In this document: positions 12,501 through 25,104 of the stretch, piece after piece
Layout of the letters: every line of letters begins with the position of its first letter
How positions within the stretch are numbered: the stretch's first letter is position 1
NCBI GenBank assembly: GCA_030265395.1
Contig: JARFYF010000029.1
Coordinates: forward strand, 13,594,628 to 13,658,627
Length of the DNA stretch: 64,000 nucleotides
Origin: Rhina ancylostomus
Lineage: Eukaryota
Reading direction: 5' to 3'
Position numbers and translations under genes: made by a program
Notes under the pieces: model-generated
Databases searched by the model: none
The model's input: the letters and a program-made list of their open reading frames with translations, nothing else
What the model was told of the DNA's origin: nothing

Positions 12501-13734
12501 TCCTGATTTGATAGAATCGCCAGGCTAATTTAGTCAAACATGACTCTAATCTTCAATTTAATTGGAAATGAAATGTGGTTTGAACAATATGAAAGCCATA
12601 TGGTTATGATCAGTGATGTATTTTTTTATGTAGCTAATGATGTAAAACCATGGTTTGTGCAACCCACGATTTCAGAGCAGATTGATGTACATAACATTGT
12701 TAGCCCTTTCTTAAATCATTTAGGACACAGGGAATGCATAAACTAATCATCTGCCATTACAGAGTCTGTATAAGTGGAAGAATATTTTTAATGCACAAGC
12801 TACTTTCAAAGAAGAGGCTCAGATTGCATGCGAAATGACAAGAGCAATATTCTTACACAGTTGCCTTAAAATCAATTTGAAGGAATATTTTAACAAAATT
12901 GCAAACAAATTAAAAGAGAATGAAACAGGAAGTCATAAATTCAGGGCTTTAATCTAATTGAAGGGATTCAATTACATCATAGTAGTCATTAAAAAGCTTG
13001 CAAGTTTAATAATAGCCATCTAAACCCCAGCGCATGAGGAATCCATTTTTTTTACCATTTCACATCTGTGAAAGCCGGATTTTATAGTATGCTTTGGTTT
13101 GGTTTATTACACTGTAAATAAATTATTTCCAGGGCTGGTATAATTATCACCAATTCTATTCAGCTGGTTATATTTTGCTTTTCAATTACACAGGATATTG
13201 TTTCTTAGTTAGCTACAAATCTATTCAACACAATTAATAGATGCTGAAACAGAATTATGAGCTTGGCCAATCTGGTTGCAATGATGTCATAAATTCCAGA
13301 ACTTTTTTTTAAATTGAGCTGAACACCAATACTTTGGTACCAAGTTTGTCTCAGTTTTCGTGTTGATATTAATCAGGACATGTATTGATTTTAAGATGTA
13401 CTGTGTATGATTAGAACTAAATGTCTCAGTTAACAGTTGGTGGGCAGGTAGAGGGAGAGCCCATTCCTTCTGGCACACATTGCTTCTCAAACTATGTGAT
13501 TCAGTTATGAGAAAATTGGGAAAAATAATGGACAAAGAACTGAGAAGTGAAGATCTGTGTAATTGCTGAATTGTGCAAGGTAAAATTTGAATTTGCAAAA
13601 AAAGACAGTCAGTACATTTGACTGGATTCAAACTCTGCTGAATTTTGAAAGCCAGACTAAAGGATGGTTTGCAAGGTTGAGTGCAGGTCAGATGTGCCCA
13701 ATAATCTTTTAATTCAAACGTTTTCCTGCCTGTA

Positions 13735-13802
13735 AAAGAGAACCTGTCTGGTGAATGAACTCATTGGGAAAGAGAACCTGTCCGGTGAATTAACTCATTG
13801 GG
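13735..13802. repeat. Tandem duplication, 2 x 34 bp
   Basis: aaagagaacctgtc(t/c)ggtgaat(g/t)aactcattggg twice, 2 mismatches. Confidence 0.9.
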
Positions 13803-13959
13803 TTACAAACTCTAACACCAAAGGAAAATAAAAACTAAATTGGTTCACATCTTTGCTTTTCTGCTGGTGCAGTTTAACTCCTTTTGTTCTGGGCACCTTG
13901 ATCAGAATTCAGTCTTGGTTATGTATATTAAGCTGCAAAGTATTCGCCCGAGGCAAAGG

Positions 13960-14375
13960 GGTTAAAACCCCAGTCTTGTCAGGAATTTCTTGCTTGCAAG
14001 TAAGAAATTCCTGATGGCCAACATCAGGCATGAAATATACTGACCACTTAAAAGCTTTTTCCTACATTTAAAATGCATGGTTCCCTGGACTGAAGCTGCT
14101 GTCATTGGAGTTGACAAAGCGCACAGGACACGAGTTTTGTCTGCCATCATCCTAGGGATGAAATCCCTTCAATCACTAATTTGACCAAAACAAAATGGAA
14201 GTGTACAGACAAAATGATTATCCTGTTCAGTATTTCTTTCACATCATTGACTGAAAGAATTTCACTGCTTCTGAGACTCTGCTTTGTGAGCCAGCAGGAT
14301 CTTTGATCTCCAGTGTTTGTCAACAGGAATTTGTCATTTACAAGTGAGGAATTCCTGATGATACTGAGCCTCTTA
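13960..14375. repeat. About 400-bp imperfect fold-back element with palindromic ends
   Basis: 36-bp near-perfect palindrome at 13979-14014 and a diverged counterpart at about 14323-14359; internal inverted similarity around caggacacgagttttgtctg / cagacaaaatgattatcctg. Confidence 0.65.
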
Positions 14376-17300
14376 ACAGATTTCCCTAATACAGGTATGT
14401 AAAACCATTTCTGTTCATTTGTCAATTGCAACGTGTTTGTTTAGGATTAAGTGGCAATGGTTTAATTTTGTCATTTTTCATTCCCTTTATTAATGCGCTG
14501 TTTTAATTGGAATTTTTTTGCCTCAGCTGTGTGTTTTGAGTGGGCTGGGAATGATGGGAGAGGTTATAAGCAGTCTAGACTCCCCATTGACTCTGAAAAG
14601 GGTGTAGACGTTACACAGCGTCAATTAGCAGTTTACAAAGTTAATCCTTTGTACAAACAAAAGATTTCAGGAGGTCAGTGTGTGATCATTAAAAGCATTA
14701 TCTGATGACCATAAAGGAAAGAAGGAATGAAAGCCATGAAGAAAGTTTTGGTTTGCTACCTTCACAAACAGATTCCCTTTAAAACAAGTATTGTACATAT
14801 CTATTTTAAAACTTTGCCACACATTTTATGTATTTCAGTTAATTTACAGCTATAAAATATGGACCAATAAAGTGCAGGTTTTTTTGTATTTTATCGTGAT
14901 GCTTCATGAGCAGCATTAAAATGATGGCAGGCATGGCGAGAAATTGCCAATACATGCACATTTTAATACATTATTCAGCCATATTCATGAAAATATAAAC
15001 ACAAAGCTGTTATTATGCACATCTTTGAAGAAGCAACGATGGATCGAGTGAACATACCAGACTGGATCTGAACTGGGAGGCCTGGAAATTATGTGCATCT
15101 TGTCTAGTTGCTGCGACAGATAGTTGATTTCATTGAATCTGAATTGACCATTAAAATCAGATTGCATATTTCAGAATGATTACATTGAAATTCATGCTCA
15201 ATTTTTATTATGTTTTCAGAGCAAAACCAAACATTTTTAGACCACAGTGATATGTTTGTATTTAATATACCCTTTACCTCTCCCTTTACCTCTCAGCCTT
15301 CCCTAGTTAATGATCCTATGATCACCTAGTCTACAGTCCCACCTACTATTGCTCCTCCTCCCTCCTGCCTACCTAGAATTTTCCTTATTGAAATAGTTCC
15401 CTTTGGGCTCCTCGTCCTGCCCAGCTATAGAAGGTCCATTGGTTGCACTCCCAGAAGTGACCCTAAGCAACCTTTTACTCTTCCCAAAGATATTTTCCCC
15501 ACACTCCTCACTCTTCTGGATGAAAGCATGTGCACCTCTCCTCCATCCCACTCCTTCAGAGCACAGCCTTATTAACCCATCCAGTGAGTTCCCGGTTATC
15601 CCACACAACCCATTTCATGAATGGGTGTTCACACCTATATTCTGCAGGGCTCTGCAAGTATTTGCAATGGTTGCATGGCACTTGAGATCCCACATTGATC
15701 TGTTCCTTCAGATCATGTTCCTTTTTTGACATCCCTATTACGCAATTAAAATGTGGTTATCCCCCAACTTCACCTTTCTGCCACCATTCCTCCTTCACCA
15801 CGGACCCAGGTCACAGGATGCCTTTCTCATTGAAATCTTCTTTCCCAATACAGAATTCCAAACTGACAAACTCCTTACTTCCAGTGATTTCAGGGCACAT
15901 CCTTGCTCAACTCCACCAATAGCCTTGCCTTGTTTGCCTCCCTCAACCAAACTTCCTGACACCCATTTGCCATCGTGTGATTTGTGATCAGAGTTAGACT
16001 TCACAATTCTGAACTCGCTATTGGACTCTTCCTCACCCTGTCCTGGAGTCGTCATGCCAATTTCTTTCCTGATACATTCCTGTTCCAACTCCTAAAGACT
16101 CTATTCAGAGTCCCAGTATCGTCCATGTTAATAATCTGCCTCTTGTATTTCACTTGCCCATGCCATCATTTCCTTATGAAATCCATTCTGCTAAGCGGTC
16201 TAATTGCCACTGTATTTCAAGTGTTCTGAAGAATGTTCCATTACCTAAAACTTAAACTCCACTTCTTCCCTGGTCTGCCCATAATACTGGTAAACAAAAT
16301 CACAATTGTCCACCCTTTAGTGACTCTAATAATAGTGCCATCTCATCCTTCTCAACTTTTTGACCACCTTCATTGATGATCTCTCTATATTCCTCCGGTA
16401 TCTCTAGACTGCAGTCTATTTGCATTACATTGCAGTTCACTGAATCTGACTTGCAACACAGGACTAACTTCCCATCTCTGAAACTTCCTCTTCTACCTGC
16501 AGAATCACCTCTCTTGTACCCAAAAGATTTTGTTCTTCATTATTTATTCACTGAAGTGTATAAAAGTGCAAGTGTGGCTTCAGAACTGGTATCGTGTGGT
16601 ATAACTTTTGATACATTGTGATCACGTGCACTGTTGTGTGTTCAGAAAAACTGCCTACAATAACGGAAATTCTGTTCATAGTTCGACCTCTATGTTATGC
16701 AAGCAGCAACACAAAAGATCCTACAGATGCTACTCTAGCAGGGAGTTTGGAATATTGGTGCTTCAGGGGGCAGCAGGATAGTGATGAAGTTTGAAGAACC
16801 CGCAAGCGGGGTTCTCTAAGAGGACTAATGATGAAAGCAGGAACCATGTGGTGGATATACTGGAGAGCTTGAGAGAGATCAGTGAGCTCAGCCAGTTATC
16901 CTGTATGTGGAAATCTTCCTGAAGGCAAATAATACTGTTAAGCTCCTAGGGCAGGACACAGGACAGAGAAACATGGTCATGTGGGAGAAGAAGAAGGTGA
17001 GAGGGTCAAAATTATCTACTAAAGCCATGTGGTTTCCCACATGGACATAGTTAAAATCTTGAGGGGACATCTTAGTTCAACACCTTCAAAGATTTTAAAG
17101 AACTGTAACCAGGGACCAGAGGAAATGATTTATGCATATGTAGTCACATTGAGGTTAAAAGGTTTAATTTTCAGAGCTTTTTAGATTGGCCATTGAGTGA
17201 GGACTGACAAATGAAAGAATTGAGGAAAAAAAACTATTTTATACAATGGATATAATATTTGAGGGAATGTGTGGAATAGCTGTCAGATTCATCCCCAGAA

Positions 17301-18849
17301 ACTCAATTCTATTGAAGTTAGTGGAACCAGATTTCAGAAGTAGAGCCCAACATACACAGTATGCACAATTATATAAGCTTGCATGTAACTGCATTTAACA
17401 GAGTTTAACCCAACGGTTTATACAAAATGAACCTAGGAAGTTTTTAATCCAGATTTTTATTCACCCTCTAGCATTGCTACTTTGAAACTAATTGGAAATC
17501 AAGTTAGAAAGATCACAAATTTACTGGCATGAAAAGTTAAAATAGATTGGGAGTAGGAGTTACTCTGAGCATTTGGGTGAAGGCCATTGATGAACAGAGG
17601 AGAAGAAATGACTACACTGTCCCTACTTGAGAGACCTTAATGTTGATATTGGATAACTGAGATCTGGAGACTTGTGTCACCTGTTCCAAAAAAACCTGAC
17701 AAAAATAGCTGGAGTTGGTCACCTGGTGCAACAGGATCATGTTGAGGTTAAGATATTGTGTGGCTGGCAAATTGCAGAAATATCTGAATTTATTATACTT
17801 GTTGGAATTCCCATCTTTAGGTTAACAAAATTTAAGCTTTGTTATTGGTCCTTTTAAAATGGAGTTGAGATAATGATGTATCAATCCTCAATGTGTCTGC
17901 TGCCATGCAGTTGGTACCAAACCAGGAAGCAAAATGATGAAAGAGTCGGCTGTATTTAAATGCCATGGACAGATGATCTGAAATTCCTTTCAGTTTGTCA
18001 CATGATATTGTACCTCCCCACTGATTCTTTAGTGTCTTGGAACCAATGACTGGGGAGTCAGCGCAACAACATGTACTGTCCTTTCATGAGCTTGTTTTGC
18101 TGCTGTAAACCATTTGGAACTCTCAAGTAAGTCCCCAGCTTGGAATATTCTGCAAGCTGCTTTGCCACAGCACATAGTAGCACCACGGAGACAGTTGACA
18201 ATGAAGCTGTGAAAGCATGTTGCAAAATATGAGAACATCTACTGCAGAGTTTTGCAACCAACTTTGAATGCTTGCTTTAGGGATCCAACCGGACTAAGCC
18301 AGTAGTTAATAGTTTGCCCTTTGTTATGAGTGGGTGCCCAGGGCAAGCTTCAACAGAATATGTGGTCATTCTGTTCAGGCAGCTGCTGGCTTCCATTGAA
18401 ACTCCACATCATCAGTTTGATCATGCAGCTCAGGGATGTATCTTGTTTGTAAATGTGGTTTATTTGTATATTAATTAATCTGATTAACATACTTTACTGA
18501 TTATGCTCAAGATCTTTAGAAGTATTCAGAACTGAGAATATTTTTGATTATTAGACTAATATATCAGGATCGGACATATAACATGATCCTTTCTTGTTGA
18601 TGTAGGAGAAAATTTTGTAATGTTGATGAAGCTGACAGATGCGCACTATTAATTCCACTCTAGTTTTAAAATAAACATTGTTTTAAATCCTCTCACCAGC
18701 AGACTTCACATTACAAAATGTTTATTGATGAGAAACCACTGTTCCAAATGATGTAATGTCAATGATGGTGTTGACACTGTACATCTGTCAACATCTGTTA
18801 CTGACTGAACATACTGTCATATAAATAGCAAGCTGCCAAAACACATTAA

Positions 18850-21800
18850 TGTGAGAGGCAGGAGTAGACCATTCAGCCCCTCATGCCTGTTCTGCCTTTT
18901 AACAAGTTAACGTTCATTCTTTAATTTCGCACCGTTTTCCTGCATTGTTCATATCTCCTCTTTCTCATAATATCCAAAAAATCTATCAATCCCTGCCTTG
19001 AATATGAGGCAACTGAACCTCCACAATCCATCTGTGTAGTGAACTGCCTACTGTTCACTGAAGGTGAACAACTGTAGGCATACAAAGTTCACTGCCTACT
19101 GGGTGAAGAAATTTTTACTCACCTCAGTTCCAAATGGCAAACACCTTATTTTGAGACAGTGGACCCCTTAGCTCTAAGTACCCCAGGGAAACATCAAACT
19201 GCGTTTACTTGTCAAGCTGCATTATAAATTTTGTATGTTTCAAAGAGATTTCGTTCTTTTGAACTGAAGAGTATATTCCCAGTTTATTTGATCTCTTCTC
19301 TGAAGGCAGTCCCCCCATTCCAAGAATCAATGTGGGTAGACTTTGTTTATTTTTGTTCTAATTGTATTTTTTCCTGTGGAAAAAGTTGTGTATAATTTAT
19401 GTTTAATTTATATTTTTTGCGGAATGTTGACTATCTGATGCCAAGTGCCTGTATGCTGCTGCAAGTAAGATTTTCATTGCACCTGTGCATACATGTATTT
19501 GTGCATTTGATAATAAACATGACTTTGACACTCTCCATTGCACTCCCTTTATTGCAAGTGTATACTTCCTTTGATAGGAAGATCAGACCTGGACATACTG
19601 TTCAGATGTCATCTCACCTGTGCCCTAATAATTGCAGTAAGATGTTTCTATACATATACACAAATACTCTTGCAATAAAAGCAAGCATACAGAGTCTTAA
19701 TAGCTCGCTGTACCTGCAATTTAACATCCAGAGATTCATAAACAAGGATACCTAGGTCCCCCTGAATACCAACATCTATCTTGCACCATTTAAAAAAATA
19801 CACCATATATCTGTGGTTTTTTCACTAAAGTGGCTGACCTCTTTTTTCACATTATATTCCATCTGCCATATCATCACCTATTCAATTAACTTGTCTCTGT
19901 CTCCCTGAAGCTTCTCTGCATCCTGAAAGTCCACAGTGCCGCCCAGCTTTATATGATCAAAAAATTTGGATATGTTACATTTGCCCTTTCATCCAAATCA
20001 TTGACATGGATCATGAACAGGACCTCAGCATGGATCCTCTGGCAACCCACAAGTCACAGCCTCTCAACCTGAAAACTCCTGTTTATTCTTACATTCTGCT
20101 TGCTGTCCATGGGCCAATACTCAATCCATGCAAGTATACTACCCCCAATCCTTGCGGTCTGATTTTGTTTAATAACCTCTTGTGTGGCACTTCACCTTTG
20201 TCCAGATTCACTATACCCACTGGTTGCCTTAATGTATCCTGCTAGTTACAATGTCAAAAAACACATCAGTCAAATGTGATTTTTATGAATTCACATTGAC
20301 CAAAATCAATCCTATTATCTTGCCTAAGTGCCCTGTTGTAACAACTACCTAATAGAAGATTCTAACATTTTTCCTCCTCCTGATGTCAGATGCACTGTTC
20401 CCTGTGTTCTCTATTCCTCTTTAAATCACGGGGTTATATTTGCTACATTCCAATCTGTGGGAAGCATTCTAAAATAATGAACTTACTGCCACCTTCAAAA
20501 CCTGAGGATGCAAGTCATCATGTCCTGGAGATTTATTGTATTTCAATCCCATTAATTTCTTCAATTTTGATTTATAAATGCTGATCTTTTTCAACTCATT
20601 ATTTGCTCAGACTTGTTCTCTTCTACTTCCCAAAGTTTTTCTATGTCACCTTTTGTGAAGACAGACACAAAATATTTGTTAAATTTCTTTGTCATTTTTA
20701 AATTTTCATTCCAATATAATTTCTTGTCTCAGTCTGTTGAAGACCCATGTCACCTTTCAGTAATCGTTTTCTTTTTATATATCTATGGAAGCACTTGCAG
20801 TCTCTTTGTTTCATGTGTATTATTCTATCATTTTGCTTTTCATTATCAACGTCTTGGTCCTCCGCTGAATTCTGAATTGTTCCCAGTCTTCAGGTTTACT
20901 TTTTTTTGCATTCTGTGCCTTTTCCTTTAATGTCATCTTTAACTCCTTTTATTGTCTATGGTTGGACCTCTTTCCCCGTTGGATTTTTGTTTCTTAAATT
21001 AATTTATATTTGTTATTAACTATTTATTAATTAACTAAATGTTTGCCATTGCTCGTTTACTGTCATACATTTTAATCTACCACGTCCAATTTATACCTTG
21101 TATCTTGGTGGTTTGTTTCATTCAGATTTAAAAACTTGCTTTCAGATTGAACTAAATCACTTTGAAACTTGGATAAAGTTAGATCTGGATTTTCCCCTTA
21201 ANNNNNTGTTCATTCATTGGTTCTTCGATGTACTGATCTATAAATCCAAATTTCATATACTTCATGACTTTTTTCTCCAGGCCATTATTGATTATTTAAC
21301 TTGCCTCATCTATTTGTAGATTAAAATCCCCTATGATTATTAAATCTCTAGTGCATCTCTGTTTTCCTGCTTTATGCTACTTGGAGACCAATCGACAACT
21401 ACCACCAATATTTTCCTCCTTTTTTGCTGTTTCTTAGCTCCCATTCAAACTAATCCTGCTTCTTGNNNNNNNNNNGATATTTTCTACTGACTTTATCCAT
21501 TTTTTTCTTATCTCAGCTACTCCTCCTTTTCTATTTTGATGATTTCTTTAAGGTAAGTAACCTGGAATATTTAATTCCCAACTTTGATTACCTTGCGATC
21601 ACATCTTTGTAATGACTATTGCATTGCACCCATTTATTTCTATTTGTGCATTAATTTGGTTTTGTTCTTATTGTTTTATTATTTTTACCTTTTACTATTT
21701 TCCTTGCTCTCACACTAATTACGAGTGTACTCGTATGTCTGTTTGCCTGACAGACTCTGCTTATCATTTCCCATTTTACTAGCACCTTGTCCTTTCCCTA

Positions 21801-22350
21801 ACTTTTTTCAATTTTCTTCACCAGAATCATTTCTAGAACTCTCCCACAGCTCCCTGCCAATATTTAGTTTAAAATCATATCTACAGCTCTATTTATTTAA
21901 TTCACTGGGGCACTAGTCCCAGCTTGATTTAAGTGAAGCCCATCCCAACAAAACAATTCCCTCTTTTCCCTGGTACCAGTGCCCATAAATTGAAACTCAT
22001 TTCTCGCACCATGTCTTTAAGCCATGCATTCAGTTCTCTGATCTTGTTTCCCCTATGCTAGTTTGCAGGTGTTCCTGATAGTTAAATGGAGATTACGGTA
22101 TTACCTTGGTGGTTCTGCTTTTAATTTGGCCTCAGGATGCTCACACCCATTTGCAAAACCTCCCTAGCTCTGTCTATATCGTTGGTTCCCACATGGACCA
22201 CAACAACTGGGTCTTCCCCCTCATTCTCCAAATTCCTGACCAGCTATGAGGAGTTGTACTTGGCAAGCAACACAACCTTTGGGACTCAGGCTCGTAGCTG
22301 CAGAGAACAGAATCTGTTTCCCTCATTGTATAGTTATCTGTTGGTCTCGC
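18850..22350 (-). mobile_element. Long decayed CR1 LINE spanning ORF1 esterase to 3' tail, with deletions
   Basis: 3' tail near 18850 (ggctgaatggtctactcctgcc on -). ORF2 remnants. ORF1 SGNH-type motifs DPVVVVHVGTN (about 22180-22215) and RELFCWDGLHLNQAG (about 21920-21965) on -. Confidence 0.8.
19345..19530 (+). mobile_element. LINE 3' UTR fragment (Rex1-like tail) nested antisense in the CR1
   Basis: gctgctgcaagtaagattttcattgcacctgtgc…gataataaacatgactttgac interrupts a colinear CR1 segment. Confidence 0.6.
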
Positions 22351-22549
22351 TCTCATTACCTTTTATCTCAAGCTTAAACACGTCTACATTTCTCCCAGAT
22401 TTGCCTGGCACTTGTGAATTCTCTTCTCCTCCCTGGGTGTTATTCCCTGCCTCTCCTTCTCTAACTCCCTCATATCAAATTACACATCAGCACTTGTAAT
22501 CCACATGGAGGTTGATGAGGACAACCATCTCAACTACTAAAGAAAGAAA

Positions 22550-22770
22550 GCCTTCCACTTAAATAGTGTCTTCTCTTTTGGGGCATCCAACAGATTTTTT
22601 TTCTAGCCAATAGTGTATTTTGAAATATTGTCACAACGGTACTGTTTGGAAGAAGGCCATCCATTTGTACCCATCAAGCTCCCTCAAACAGACCTGCTTC
22701 TGTAGTGTTGAATGAACTGATAAACATTGGTCAGGGCACCTTGAAGAAATTTTCCGTCCTGCAGATAGTC
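22550..22770 (-). mobile_element. Decayed Deu-SINE fragment
   Basis: agccaatagtgtattttgaaatattgtcac…gataaacattggtcagggcacc. Confidence 0.5.
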
Positions 22771-24969
22771 CATCTGTCAATTAACAGGAACCATTCCTTG
22801 ACTCATGTACAGCCTGTCACCTACGAACCAGCTTCTCATTTGGGTTCTACCCATAGGTAGAAAACTGTCAAGAAAAGTGCGCAATCTATAAGAATCACAA
22901 ACAAAGTGTACAGCACAATAACAGAATATGTATTTGAAATAAACACAAAATTGACATCAAAATATAAAGATCCCTTTAAATATTCAATTGCTAGTAATAG
23001 CAATTCTTATCTAATTTGCATTTGAGCAAAAAGATACCATTTAAAATTATTATTTCAGTATTNNNNNNNNNNNNNNNNNNNNNNNNNNNNNNNNNNNNNN
23101 NNNNNNNNNNNNNNNNNNNNNNNNNNNNNNNNNNNNNNNNNNNNNNNNNNNNNNNNNNNNNNTTTAAAATTATTATTTCAGTATTGCTCATGTTAAGATG
23201 TCTTTTTCATTTGAACCCATTGTCTCCTGTTTCAGAGATATTACCTGTAGTTGTATTTTGTCATCGTAATTATTCATTGAATATGTAGCTTGTAACCTAA
23301 CATACAAAAATGAACAAGGCTAACAAATAGTATCAACTGAAATGTGTAAAGTTTCCATAACAGTCTGCCACGGTGTTTATTTCATGAGTGCAAAGATAAG
23401 TCGTTTGTTTCTTGTCTGAAACTATTTTTAGATTATATGGTGGAGAAGGTGAATTAATTTCATGGAAACTAGCACAAATATTTTAACTGTTTTCTGCTTC
23501 TCCAAATTTCAGCATATTACTTTAAATTAACAAATAAAGAAATGAGTTTTAAAACTCATTTTATTTAGCATTCATTGAAAATGTCAACTTTGTGTAAAAG
23601 AAAATGCAGCATGTGGATTGAACTTCTTCTCAAGTTAGTAAAAGCAGCCCAGAACCAGTTATTGTTATGGGAGAAATTACATATAATAAGTTGATAAAAG
23701 AAACTGTTATCTAACATGAACAGAAAGCATGGAATTAGAATGCACAATAAAATACTGAAATGAAATACAAAAATGTTGTAATTTCTCTCATGAAATATAC
23801 AAACATATTGAAAAGGCCCATGTGAAAAGCAGCTATTGCCATGTGAATTCAGAAGAGCAATGTAATTATCTGGTTAAGAGTGGGATTGAAGGTAATAATG
23901 ATAAGTACACACAAAGATGCTGAAACACTTAATGGGGCACAACAATCCAAGAGGTCTGGCAACAGGAAACAATGTCTCTGGAAAGCAGCTAGTAAGAGTT
24001 GAATAATGAAGATTAGAAGTTGAATTTGTATTTTGGAGTCAAGTATCATTCCATAAAGAGGGAAGATTTATGAAGAGGTTTTCATGAGGGTATGAATAAC
24101 TTTGGGTGGAGTACTTTATGAAATGGGCCACAACTGGTCTGTGGGATAAATAAATATTTAGTGAGTTAGTCATGTTTTAAATGAAGAAGTATAAAATATA
24201 CGTTACTCAAAAGATTAATAAATGCAGAAGAGAACTGCTTCCATTGCCAGTGTCCAAGGATAGCTCATATGACCTTGGAGCTGGCATAATGTACAATGTT
24301 CAGCACTTGGGTTCTTTTCTACACACTGGAATCTTATGCTTATTTTGTCCACTTCAGCGATATGGAAGGCTGGATGAATGGTTTGAATATTTAAGTTCAA
24401 GGGCAGAAATCTTGTTATCTATTTTGTGAATTCCAAAGTACTATGGAAAATAATATCACTCATTAAGTACATTGTTTGATTCAAGGTCCTTGTTCATGAG
24501 AGGAATGGCTAATGTAGATGCAGCCAATTAGTTTCGCTTAGGGTTGAGGTGGCCAAGGAAAATAAAAGATCACTGAGTTTAAGCATAACTTGGGATGTAA
24601 AGGAACCCTGCCCCCGCAGAGTTTATGCAAGGTGGACCCTCCTTATGAAGAAGTGAAAAGGAGATGCAAAATTAAAATCAGCTGTGGCTTGTAACTTGCA
24701 CTTGTATAACTCCCATAAAAAAAAATGAGTTGTCATTTCCAAAAAAGACACAACTTAAAAACAGCATTATCCGTCTTCCAACTGTGGGTATAGCACGATG
24801 GTAAAATTAAAGATTGTAGAGGGACTCTCCATGGACCACGATAAATTCTCCATTTAATGCTATTGTTAATATCAAATATCACCATAACTTAAGGGTAAGT
24901 GTTGATATTTTGTTTCTTAAATATGCATATTTTTTGTTGAGATGAATAAGTCCTTTTTCAAATTTCCAG

Positions 24970-25104
24970 ATGTAAATGAATGTGATGACAATAATGGTGG
25001 CTGTCAGCAAGTCTGCGTTAATACCATGGGCAGCTATGAATGTCAGTGTAAAGAAGGATTCTTTCTGAGTGATAACCAACATACCTGCATCCATCGCTCT
25101 AGTG
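24970..25104 (+). CDS. SCUBE1: Internal coding exon of a SCUBE (signal peptide-CUB-EGF) gene, third Ca-binding EGF-like module; best match SCUBE1
   Basis: Acceptor tcctttttcaaatttccag (AG at 24968-24969) and donor G|gtgagt (25105-25110); 135 nt, phase 1-1. Encodes (D)[56 protein letters not shown] is diagnostic of SCUBE EGF3. [12 protein letters not shown]..GSYECQC..HRS fits recalled SCUBE1 better than SCUBE2 (GCQHTC) or SCUBE3 (CIQRP). Family certain, paralog likely. Confidence 0.9.

Larger units (their letters stand above)
1..24969 (+). other. Intron of the SCUBE gene upstream of the EGF3 exon (5' end outside window)
   Basis: No preceding EGF exon (expected GGCVHECINIPGNYRC-like) recognised; repeat-rich; ends in a canonical acceptor. 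Confidence 0.7.

Noticed and set aside
23040-23185. Direct repeats flanking 100-N gaps (also about 53268-53395 and 49040-49153)
   Set aside because: Typical scaffolding overlap artefact, not a TSD or biological repeat.
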